DNA from: Chiloscyllium plagiosum
Taxonomy: Eukaryota
Assembly: GCF_004010195.1 (NCBI RefSeq)
Contig: NC_057720.1
Location: 32,305,637 to 32,325,636 of the forward strand
Length of the DNA: 20,000 bases
Direction: 5' to 3'
Shown: positions 11,041 to 20,000 of the stretch, in pieces
Position numbering within the stretch: position 1 is the first letter of the stretch
Layout of the letters: each line of letters starts with the position of its first letter
Notes under the pieces: model-generated
Seen by the model: the letters and a program-made list of their open reading frames with translations, nothing else
Told to the model about the DNA's origin: nothing
Databases searched by the model: none
Translations under genes and position numbers: made by a program

Positions 11041-11247
11041 GAGAAAGTGAGGTCTGCAGATGCTGGAGATCAAAGTTGAAACTTTATTGCTGGAACAGCA
11101 CAGCAGGTCAGGCAGCATCCAGGGAACAGGAGATTCGACGTTTCGGGCACAGGCCGAAGAAGGGCCTGAAGAAGGGCCTGTGCCCGAAACGTCGAATCTC
11201 CTGTTCCCTGGATGCTGCCTGACCTGCTGTGCTGTTCCAGCAATAAA
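11041..11247 (-). mobile_element. Short Penelope-pLTR-like hairpin insert; 12-bp TSD
   Basis: TSD GAAGTCATAGAG at 11029-11040 and 11248-11259; perfect 74-bp inverted arms 11082-11155 / 11175-11248; 12-bp tandem GAAGAAGGGCCT x2 (11156-11179) at the turn. Confidence 0.88.
11166..11193 (+). ncRNA. Minimal hammerhead ribozyme core
   Basis: CTGAAGA-A-GGGC-ctgt-GCCC-GAAAC-GTC. Confidence 0.7.
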
Positions 11248-11259
11248 GAAGTCATAGAG

Positions 11260-12892
11260 TCAAACAGTCATAGAGATGTACAGCAAGAAAACAGACCCTT
11301 CAGTCCAACCCGTCCATGCTGACCAGCTATCCCAACCCAATCTAGTCCCACCTGCCAGCACCCGGCCCATTTCCCTCAAAAACCTTCCTATTCATATACC
11401 CATCCAAATGCCTCTTAAATATTGCAATTGTACCAGCCTCCACCACTTCCTCTGGCAGCTCATTCCACACACGTACCACCCTCTGTGTGAATAAGTTGCC
11501 CTTTAAGTCTCTTTATATCTTTCCCCTCTCACCCTAAACCTATGCCCCCTAGTCCTGGACTCCCCCACCCCAGGGAAAAGACTTTGTCTATTTACCCCAT
11601 CCATGCCCCTCATAATTTTGTAAANNNNNNNNNCACTCCCTAGGACCTTACCATTAAGTGTATAAGTCCTGCAAAGATTTGCTTGCCTAATATGCAGCAT
11701 CTCACATTTATCTGAATTAAACTCCATCTGCCACTTCTCAGCCCATTGGTCCATCTGGTCCAGATCCTGTTGTAATCTGAGGTAACCCTCTTCGCTGTCC
11801 ACTACACCTCCAATTTTGGTGTCATCTGCAAACTTACTAACTGTACTTCTTATGCTCGCATCCAAACCATTTATGTAAATGACAAAAAGTAGAGGACCCA
11901 GCACCGATCCTTGTGGCACTCCACTGGTCACAGGCTTCCAGTCTGAAAAACAACCCTCCACCACCACGTTCTGTCTTCTACCTTTGAGCCAGTTCTGTAT
12001 CCAAGTGGCTAGTCCTCCCTGTATGCCATGGGATCTAACTTTGCTAATCAGTCTCCCATGGGGAACCTTGTCGAACGCCTTACTGAAGTCCATATAGATC
12101 ACACCTACCGCTCTGCCTTCATCAATCCTCTTTGTTACTTCCTCAAAAAACGCAATCAAGTTTGTGCAACATGATCTCCCACGCCACAAAGCCATGTTGA
12201 CTATCCCTAATCAGTCCTTCCCTTTCCAAATACATGTACATCCTGTCCCTCAGGATTCCCTCCAACAACTTGCCCACCAGTGAGGTCAGGCTCACTGGTC
12301 TATAGTTCCCTGGATTGTCCTTACTACCCTTCTTAAACAGTGGCACCATGATAGCCAACCTCCAGTCGTCTGGCACCTCACCTGTGACTATTGATGATAC
12401 AAATATCTCAGCAAAAGGCCCAGCAATCACTTCCCTAGCTTCCCACAGAGTTGTAGGGTACACCTGCTCAGGTCCTGGGGATTTATCTACCTTTACCCGT
12501 TTCAAGACATCCAGCACTTCCTCCTCTGTAATATGGACATTTTGCAAGATGTCACCATCTATTTCCCTACATTCTATATCTTCCATATCCTTTTCCACAG
12601 TAAATACTGATGCAAAATACTCATTTAGTATCTTCCCATTTTCTGCTGCTCCTCACAAAGGCCGCCTTGCTGATCTTTGAGGGGCCCTATTCTCTCCCGA
12701 GTTATCCTTTTGTCCTTAATGTATTTGCAAAACCTCTTTGGATTCTCCCTAATTCTATTTACTAAAGCTATCTCATGTCCCCTTTTTGCCCTCCTGATTT
12801 CCCTCTTAAGTATACTCCAACTGCCTTTATACTTTTCTAAGGATTCACTCAATCTATCCTTTCTATACCTTATGTATGCTTCCTTTTTTCTT
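11260..12892 (-). mobile_element. CR1 LINE (HER1-like), 3' part: RT, 3' UTR and short CTCTATGA-type tail repeats
   Basis: VDKSPGP, PGNYRPVSLTS, QHGF, SCCTNLIAFFEEVT, YMDFSKAFDKVPH, VTSGVPQGSVLGPLLF, KFADDTK, WQMEFN..KC, TRGHRF; TCATAGAG repeats at 11033-11040, 11252-11259, 11268-11275. Confidence 0.95.
11625..11633. other. Assembly gap (9 N)
   Basis: Run of N; the CR1 protein jumps from VLGS directly to YKIMRG across it. Confidence 0.95.
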
Positions 12893-15554
12893 TTTTTTAA
12901 TAGATATTTTTATTGAAAATTTAACATGTTTTTACAAGTTTACAAGTTTACAAATAAAAAAAACCCAAGTATAAACATTGATATACAATTAAATCTTAAA
13001 TAAATAATAACCAAAATCTATCAAACAGAAAAAAGAGATACCGAATAAAAAAAAACAAAACTCAATTAACTACTAATCTAACCTACAACTAACCAGAGTG
13101 TATAATTAAATCTCTTACATTATTCAGGAAATAAAATGACGGATAATACAGAAATTGAATAGTGAAATACATGCTCGGAATGTGTTCACATCAGATCATA
13201 ACAAAACCCGTATGTGTGCGGGATTCCTCTCCCAAGGGGCCCCGGACTGGCCAGGTTCGCCATCTCAATTAAATAAAAGCCCTTGTTAGGATTGCCGAAA
13301 TATCTGTATTTGTGTAATTCAAGAAGGGCTACCATATTTTATGGAATAACTCGGTCGTTTGGTGCACCATGTTTGTAAGGAAGTCAAGGGGAATACATTC
13401 CATGATTATTCTGTGCCAATTCGAAAGTCCAGGGGGGCCCTCAGCCACCCAGTTTACCAAAATATTTTTCCTTGCACAGAAAGAGAGAATAGAAAATAAC
13501 CTCTTCCTGTGCATATCCAGGGAGGGTAAGTTTGAAAAGCCCAAAAGGAGAGATACTGGATCCACTCTAATGTCCATTCCTAAGATTTCTGTCAGAGCAC
13601 TTGCTACTTTAGTCCAATATCTACAGATCTTATGACAGGTCCATAAGCAATGTACAAGACTGCCCACCTCTATTTTACATTTGGGACACATTTGACATGC
13701 TCCTGCCTTAAATTTTGCCAATCTTTCCGGTGCTCTATGGGCCCTATGAAGTATCTTCAACTTAATGGCCTGAGTTCTGTTGCAGATGGAGATTTTTCTA
13801 GCATTTTCCCAAATTTCATTCTACATTTTTATAGAGTTTTCCAGCCCCAAATTCTGATCACCTGTTTTAAGCAGGTTGTCTATATCTTCCGATACTTCAT
13901 CATGTCATCATTGATAAATAGTGCTGACCGAAGATACCCCCATTGGCCACAACACTCTACGTTCTCTGTCTGATTTATAGAGAATATCTAATAGCGTAGT
14001 CTTCTTCTGTATGTAATCTCGAATTTGGAAGTATCGAAAGAGATCACCATTAGGTCATCCAAATTTCTGATGCAGCTGTTCAAACGACATCAGGACCCTT
14101 TCCTTAAACAGATCCCCTAAACATGAGATACCCCTGGATCTCCAGAGTTTGAAATTGACATCTGTAAGCCCTGGTTGAAATCCCCATGCTCCCACAATCG
14201 GAGTATAGGGGGATGTTTTATGTGAATTGCCCTCATTTTGCCGCATTATATTCCAAGTTTTATTTGTATTTAGTATTATAGGGTTTTTACAGTGATCCAT
14301 GATGATTTTCCTCTTGTCTGAAAATAAGAGGTTAATAAGTGGGCATTTTACTTGAGAAGCCTCGATGTCCAGCCAGATTGATTGTGGGTCAGCCAATTGG
14401 TTATGTAGCTTAATAGGGAACTTAACTGATATTTCCTAAAATCTGGAAAATCCAGACCTCCCCTTGTCTGTGGAAGCTGTAGCTTCTTCAGCTTAATGAG
14501 GGGCCGTCTATGATTCCAGATGAAGGAACCCAGCCAGCCATACAATTTGCGTAGTGCCAACCTTGGCAGCATCACCAAAAGCATTCTCATAGGGTATAGG
14601 AGACGGGGCAGGACATTCATTTTAATTAGGGCTATTCTGCCTAACCAGGAAATTAGAAGGTCTCCCCATCGCTGAAGGTCCTGCCTTATCCTCTCCAGTA
14701 AATGCACAAAGTTAGCCTTGTATAACTGACCAAATACTGGAGTGATAAAAATGCCTAAATATAAGAAACCCTCCAGGGACCACCGAAATGGAAAGTGGGA
14801 TCCGTCCAATAGGTGGGATATACTAGCAAGGCCGCCTATTGGCATAGCCTCCGATTTTGAAAACTTAATTTTATAGCTTGAAAATATACTAAATATATTA
14901 ATAACTTGGATTAAGTGAGGCACAGACATCAGGGGACTACTGAGAAATAGAAGAACATCATCTGCATAAAGGGTTTACCTGTACCAATCCTCAGGGCTGC
15001 TATATTAGAGTCAGCCTGTATAGCTTCTGCTAGTGGCTCAATTATTAGCGTAAATAGCAATGGCGAGAGAGGACATCCCTGACGGCAGCCCCTATCCACA
15101 CTGAAGCTATCCGAGCCTAATCCATTGGCAATCACAACTGCTTTGGGATCATTATAGTGTTGACACCCATTTGGTGAACACCTTTCCAACACCAAACCTT
15201 TCCAATGTGTAAAACAGATATGACCATTCAACCCTGTCAAATGCCTTTTCCGCATTAAATGAGACTACTACACCTGGTATCTTTCCCTGATGGCAGGCTT
15301 GAATCACATTCAAAACTCTTCTAACATTATTGGATGATCTACAGCCCTTAATAAACCCCGTCTGACCCTCCTTTATGATGTATGGCAATACCCTTTCTAG
15401 CCTCAATGCTAATGTTTGAAAAAGGATTTTAACATCTACATTTAGCAAGGATATTGGTCTGTATGACACGCAATCTTCTGGGTCCCTTCCTTTTTTGAGA
15501 ATAAGAGAGATATTCGCCTCTTTCAGCGTAGGTGGGGGACAGCCCTGACAGCCC

Positions 15555-15700
15555 TGCATATTTCTGATATAGAGACAATTTGTTGCACTTGAATCTACAG
15601 TTGCATTTAGGAATTTCTTTACATGTCTTAGGCTCCATCCTGTGCTCAAATTCATATTTGACATTGAATGGTCAAATGAGTTCCCTAACCATCATGTTCT
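15555..15700 (+). repeat. 146-bp dispersed direct copy of 16651-16796 inside the L1
   Basis: Same length, about 5 substitutions by eye; interrupts L1 ORF2 between AELYK and PPTLKEANISLI. Confidence 0.92.
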
Positions 15701-15765
15701 TTATAGAGTTCAGCTTGAAAGCCATCTGGGCCGGGTGCCTTACCGCTCTGAAGTTGCCTGATTGC

Positions 15766-15835
15766 GTCAAGTATTTCTTGGATTGTTAAGGGAACATTCA
15801 GTCAAGTATTTCTTGGATTGTTAAGGGAACATTCA
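15766..15835. repeat. Perfect 35-bp tandem duplication in L1 ORF2
   Basis: GTCAAGTATTTCTTGGATTGTTAAGGGAACATTCA at 15766-15800 and 15801-15835. Confidence 0.95.
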
Positions 15836-16165
15836 GGACTGATACCTGTTCCGGAGTTAGGTCCGGAAAGGTCAGGTTTTTAAAAAATGACTGCATCCTC
15901 CTAGCTCTATCTTCGCAATCCTGCGATTTATATAAATCAGAATAAAATTTTCTGAAGATTGCGTTAAGCCTTTTATGATCATGAGTCAGAGTACCCGCAC
16001 TTGCCTTGATAGACGTGATAGTTTGAGGGACCTTTTTTTTCTTTGCAAGAAATGCTAAGTATCTACCCGGTTTGTCACCAAATTCATATAACCTTTGTTT
16101 TGCAAATAATATTTCCCTCTTAGCCGTTTGGGTAAATGTGATGTTCAGAGCTGTCCTAAGGGCCG

Positions 16166-16304
16166 TCCTTCTTTTTCTTAACCAAACCCTCAATTTCTTT
16201 AGTCATCCAGCATTCCCTCTCCCTACCAGCCTTTCCTTTCACCCTAACAGGAATATACTTTCTCTGGATTCTCGTTATCTCATTTCTGAAGGCTTCCCAT
16301 TTTC
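16166..16304 (-). mobile_element. CR1 LINE, 5' remainder (continuation of 11260-12892)
   Basis: GKWEAFRNEITRIQRKYIPVRVKGKAGRERECWMTKEIEGLVKKKK joins in register to EAY..YRK..SESLEKYK at 12880 once the L1 and one TSD are removed. Confidence 0.88.
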
Positions 16305-16625
16305 CCGCCCTCATTAGAGTAATCCACAAGAACACCAAGTCAAGCGGAAAATCAATATTTATACAGTATGAGTGGACAAGTGTTGATTGGTAGAGGTATC
16401 GCCATGGAGAACGCACCCATTAATAATGATTGGCAGTTAACTATCTGACTTTGTTTAAATTTTAAACCAGGCAGGTTGATTATGATTGATCAGGACATTG
16501 ACATGATAAATAAAACAGTGAATCGCTGTCAACTCTTTTGTTGAATTGTCTACATACTCATTAGCTCTGTGTGCAAAGAACAAGGCCAAGTGTATTTTTA
16601 TATGTTGCTATCAGTATATGCAAGG
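16305..16625 (-). mobile_element. Inverted copy of the Penelope 3' end/pLTR (continues at ~11000-11032 beyond the nested CR1/L1)
   Basis: Reverse complement aligns with ~17985-18310 (e.g. GGCCTTGTTCT; TTCTCCATGGC.A..CTCTACCAATCA; TTCTTGTG.ATT); reverse complement of 11004-11032 resembles 18325-18356. Confidence 0.7.
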
Positions 16626-17201
16626 GAATGACTGCTAACTTCCTACACCTTGCATATTTATGATATGTAGACAATTTGTTGCACTTGAATCTATAGTTGC
16701 ATTTAGGAATTTCTTTACATGTCTTAGGCTCCATCCTGTGCTCAAATTCATATTTGACATTGAATGGTCAAATGAGTTCCCTAACCATGATGTTCTAATT
16801 AATAAAATTGGCCTGTGCTTCTTTAATACTGTTTAATACGAACCTACCTTCATGGGTCACTATACACAGTTCTACTTGCTATAAGATTGGTCTCATCAGC
16901 AACCTTTGAAATATAACCCAGGCCGTTGTTCACTCTGCAAACTTGATGCTGAAATAGGATGTAATAGTCACATTGCAGGATAATGCAGCCCTGATCAGAT
17001 CATTCCCCACTGCCTATTACGTAAACTCATGAATGGCCCTAAGGTGATTACTCATCGGTCTGAAAAGTGCCCTCAGGGTAAGGTATCATCACACTGTGAG
17101 CAATAGGTGAAGCTAGCTGTTTCACGCCAGTATATTGCAGTAGTGACACAAGTGGTATTTGGTAATAGGATGCTGCCATCAAGACAATCACACAAATTGA
17201 A

Positions 17202-17474
17202 GTTAAAAATCACACAACACCTGATGAAGGAGCGACACTCCGAAAGCTAGTGTGCTTCCAATTAAACCTGTTGGACTATAACCTGGTGTTGTGTGCCATC
17301 AAGACAATCACACAAATTGAAGTTAAAAATCACACAACACCTGATATCACTTGATGAAGGAGCGACACTCCGAAAGCTAGTGTGCTTCCAATTAAACCTG
17401 TTGGACTATAACCTGGTGTTGTGTGATTTTTAACTGTGTACACCCCAGTCCAACACCGGCATCTCCAAATCATG
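17202..17474 (+). mobile_element. Second family of short hammerhead-bearing Penelope-like insert, internally duplicated; 12-bp TSD
   Basis: TSD ACACAAATTGAA at 17190-17201 and 17475-17486; tandem units 17174-17293 and 17294-~17423 (120 bp; second has +10 nt); 21-bp inverted repeat 17201-17221 / 17415-17435. Confidence 0.82.
17217..17253 (+). ncRNA. Minimal hammerhead ribozyme (second copy at 17348-17383 with C3>U)
   Basis: ACAC-CTGATGA-A-GGAG-cgaca-CTCC-GAAAGCTA-GTGT: 4-bp stem I, CUGAUGA core, 4-bp stem II, palindromic AGCT stem III, CUA cleavage triplet. Confidence 0.78.
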
Positions 17475-17488
17475 ACACAAATTGAATA

Positions 17489-17715
17489 CAGGCATTTTGG
17501 TATAACACGACAGCTGCGTTCCTCTGCAACTTTGCACTACAGAGAATCGCGCTATGGAAATCTGCTATTAAAAGTCACGCTGCAGAAGATCTCCAAAGAA
17601 AATCACTATACCCATTCAACAGAGAGTTTGCATCATCCAAACAGCATCCACAATTCATCAATTGCATTATAGCCAATTCATGTTGACGAAACGTGTGTTA
17701 TACCAGAACAACCAG
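17489..17715. mobile_element. Tc1/mariner (Tigger/pogo-like) MITE, copy 2 (opposite orientation to copy 1)
   Basis: TA flanks 17487-17488 and 17716-17717; TIRs CAGGCATTTTGGTATAACAC / GTGTTATACCAGAACAACCAG; sits at the S-N codons just before the Penelope GIY-YIG motif. Confidence 0.83.
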
Positions 17716-18636
17716 TAATGTAGTGTGTGAATTTCAATGCCATTGTGATGCTGAGTATATAGACTGTATGTCCTAAAGATTGGAGCATCATATCATTTGC
17801 AACAAGTAAGGTACTGACTGAAACCAAACAAAAATCAACACATTGTCTCTTATTAGATATGATTCTGCATTTGGACAATGTTTTGCTGTATCGTCCTGAG
17901 CGTGTGAAGGATTGCGCTGACAATCAGTTTAAAATTGTCAGGCAAGCTCATAGTATGGTGCACTGGAACATAATTGGAAACCAAAAATGTTAATACATAG
18001 GGCCTTGTTCTAAACAGACAGTAAGAACATGTACATGAAATACACCCTGTTGCAATTATAAAAAAATGTGACAGCAATTCTTTGGCTTACTTCTGAGGGT
18101 AATGCTGCAACCAATCAGAGTCAATAAACCTGGTTTGAAATCTAAACAGTGCATAGCTGTTAACTATAAATTATTACTAATGTGTGCATTCTCCATGGCA
18201 ACACTCTACCAATCAGAATCTACTTGGCAATCAATCAGCATTCTTCTTTTCTAAAACAAAAATGCTGGTTTTCCCTTTGAATTAGTTTTCTTGTGAATTG
18301 TCCTGATGTGAAGAAGATGAGAACCTTTGACAAAATATTTCTGTTTTCATCAATACTTAAGTTCTGTATTACCATATGACTAATAAAATTTACTTTTATT
18401 TGGAAAGGGAGAAGAGTCTAATGAACTGAGTTATTTTAATAACAATATTGTTACATGCATTTGGTAATACTACTAGAAGCTTTTTGCATCTAACAAGATG
18501 TGCTTGTAAACTGGACGTACTAACCATTTTTCATGAAGATGGCTCTTCTTAGAGAAAATAAAGGTAACAATCTTTTCTCCCCATTTCTTCATTTCTTCCA
18601 CGTTCTTTTCATATTCCCCCTGAACTTTTGACTCAT

Positions 18637-18712
18637 GGATACTGTCAGACCTTCTGAATATTTCCAGTGCTTTTTACTTTAATTCAGATTTCAAACATTT
18701 GCAGTTTTTCCG
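18637..18712 (+). mobile_element. Degenerate Penelope-pLTR-like 3' fragment
   Basis: GATACTGTCAGACCTTCTGAATATTTCCAG...TCAGATTTCAAACATTTGCAGT resembles 672-738 and the reverse complement of 6263-6322. Confidence 0.5.
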
Positions 18713-19546
18713 TTTAATTTTATCCACGTAAATAAGGGTCTAAGTTACAATAAGTGCCAGTAACGGTGGTTTTATACTCATAGGAAGTGGATTTGTCATT
18801 GTGCTTGACTGAAGTTTGCTCATCTGATGTTGAGATTTGAGCAGTGCCCACCAACAATGACTTACATTTGGATAGCACCTTCCACATAGGAATACATCCC
18901 ACAATACAGAGAACTTAGCATTCGTTCTTGCTATAACTGGGTAGACATCCCTCACATTAAAGAATGGAAAAAGTTAATTTCCTTTTTACAAATCGATCTG
19001 ATAACATTAAATCCCTATTAAGAATAGTGCATTCATATGCTTTCCGTCACTAGCACCCTTGGGAGTTACTATTAAAGGGCATAAGAAACAGGAAAAACTA
19101 GTAGCAGCACGCTACAACTCTCAGTTTTCTGATGTGAAAAATATAAATATTGATATCTTCTCAGCATTGTAATGCTGACATATCACTTAAGGCTTTGTTA
19201 TTTATGTTAATGTTGATTGGTGCAATCATTTATCTGTTGGTGACCATTATTGCTATTTGTTTATGTGGAATATACAGTACCAGATGGAAATGTTAATTTT
19301 TTTTTGTTGCGTACAATAATGTCTATTCAACTGCTTGTCCAAAGTTGCTTTACAAGTAGCCTTATCTCATCAAAATGTAGATGTGCTGGTATCCGTTGGT
19401 GGTTATACAACAGATGTTACCTGCTTAATTAGTGACGTTAATTAAACAACTGTAGTGAGCCTTCTTGTACAAAGCTGTCAATTTGTTGCAATGATGTGTA
19501 TTCCACAAAACTGATGTGTGACAACATTTATTTGCATATAGTTAAT

Positions 19547-19858
19547 GGGGCGGCACGGTGGCTCAGTGGTTAGCACTGTTGCTTCACAATACCAGGGTCC
19601 CAGATTCGATTCCAGCCTTGGGTGACTGTGTAGAGTTTGCACATTCTCCATGTGTCTGCGTGGACTTCCTCCGGGTGCTCCAGTTTCCTCCCATAGTCCA
19701 AGGATGTGCAGGTCAGGTGAATTAGCCATGTTAAATTGCCCGTAGTGTTAGATGCATTAGTCAGGGGGAAATGGGTCAGGGTGGGTTACTCTTTGGAGGG
19801 TCAGCGTGGACTTGTTAGGCCGAAGGGCCTGTTTCCACACTGTAAGTAATCTATTCTA
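19547..19858 (+). mobile_element. tRNA-derived V-SINE, HE1-like, with CR1-derived tail
   Basis: A box TGGCTCAGTGG (19559-19569), B box GATTCGATTCC (19603-19613, one change), V-domain-like GAGTTTGCACATTCTCC..GTGTCTGCGTGG..TTCCTCCGGGTGCTCC.GTTTCCTCCCA, tail matching the CR1 3' end. Confidence 0.92.
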
Positions 19859-19905
19859 CCAATTGAATGGTTAAGGTGAGTCTACTGGTGTGTGTAGATC
19901 TCTAA

Positions 19906-20000
19906 GGAGAAAGTGAGGTCTGCAGATGCTGGAGATCAGAGCTGAAAATGTGTTGCTGGAAAAGCGCAGCAGGTCAGGCAGCATCCAGGGAACAGGAGAA
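19906..20000 (-). mobile_element. Penelope-pLTR-like insert, runs off the window
   Basis: Nearly identical to the reverse complement of 658-751 and similar to 11041-11133. Confidence 0.85.

Larger units (their letters stand above)
12893..16165 (-). mobile_element. 5'-truncated L1 LINE (ORF2 linker, RT, C-terminal CCHC, 3' UTR, short poly-A), inserted in the CR1
   Basis: YEFGDKPGRYLA, KAPGPDGF..E.YK, YRPISLLNVDVKIL, QTGFIKG, AEKAFDRVEW, RGCRQGCPLSPLLF, YLGI, ISWLGRIALIKMNVLPRLLY, GGLDFPD, CPKC..EVGSLVHCLWTC; AATAAA at 12909-12914 (-), A-tail 12893-12898; TSD TCCTT(C)TTTTTCTT at 12881-12892 and 16166-16179; TT/AAGA L1-endonuclease-type site. Confidence 0.93.
16630..18385 (+). mobile_element. 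Old 5'-truncated Penelope-like element (RT C-terminus, linker, GIY-YIG endonuclease, pLTR)
   Basis: Frame-shifted remnants: YVD (~16663), LHPVLKFIFDIEWSNEFP, PTFMGHYT, YKIGLISNL, CKLDAEIG, PDQII, SEKCP, RMLPS, SNVVCEFQCHCDAEYIDCMS*RL (GIY-YIG), DSAFGQ, DNQFKIV; then repeated CCAATCAG (18111-18238) and a decayed hammerhead at ~18303. Confidence 0.8.

Noticed and set aside
11060..11257. Near-identical ORFs on both strands
   Set aside because: Artefact of the 74-bp palindrome, not a protein gene.
11503..12195. Apparent in-frame internal deletion in CR1 RT C-terminus
   Set aside because: The jump coincides with the 9-N gap, so missing sequence is most simply an assembly artefact.
11879..13973. 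Several + strand ORFs (11879, 12315, 12677, 13369, 13650)
   Set aside because: Antisense shadows of CR1 and L1 ORF2 sequence.
17174..17435. CRISPR-like repeat array
   Set aside because: Only two long near-identical units with no unique spacers; eukaryotic TE context, no cas genes.
18303..18330. Functional hammerhead in the old Penelope pLTR (and its inverted copy near 16305-16316)
   Set aside because: Core is mutated (CTGATGT / CTAATGA), stem II and GAAA are lost or interrupted by the CR1.
19547..19620. tRNA gene
   Set aside because: A/B boxes present but no cloverleaf; continues into SINE body and LINE-derived tail.

Overview
Eukaryotic, repeat-saturated, gene-poor DNA, very probably from a cartilaginous fish (an HE1/V-SINE-like element at 19547-19858 plus a matching CR1 partner; organism is an inference). 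I found no intact host gene or intact transposon ORF. Contents: (1) a decayed Ty3/gypsy LTR retrotransposon (1-~4146) with the unusual Gag-PR-IN-RT-RNaseH order of the Gmr1 clade; (2) a probable antisense solo LTR; (3) old CR1, RTE and L2 LINE fragments; (4) a deeply nested cluster at ~10.5-18.4 kb in which an old Penelope-like element (RT + GIY-YIG, with an inverted 3'-end copy) is interrupted by a CR1, itself interrupted by a 5'-truncated L1, plus two TA-flanked Tc1/mariner-type MITEs; (5) at least six short Penelope-pLTR-like inserts, most carrying minimal hammerhead-ribozyme cores (CUGANGA-stem II-GAAAC/G), several with 12-15 bp target-site duplications and two forming near-perfect 74-99 bp hairpins. 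The most notable signals are the ribozyme-bearing short hairpin/tandem inserts, the integrase-before-RT gypsy, and a 146-bp templated insertion copied into the L1 from 1.1 kb away. The component families are known in principle; novelty, if any, lies in the specific non-autonomous ribozyme elements.
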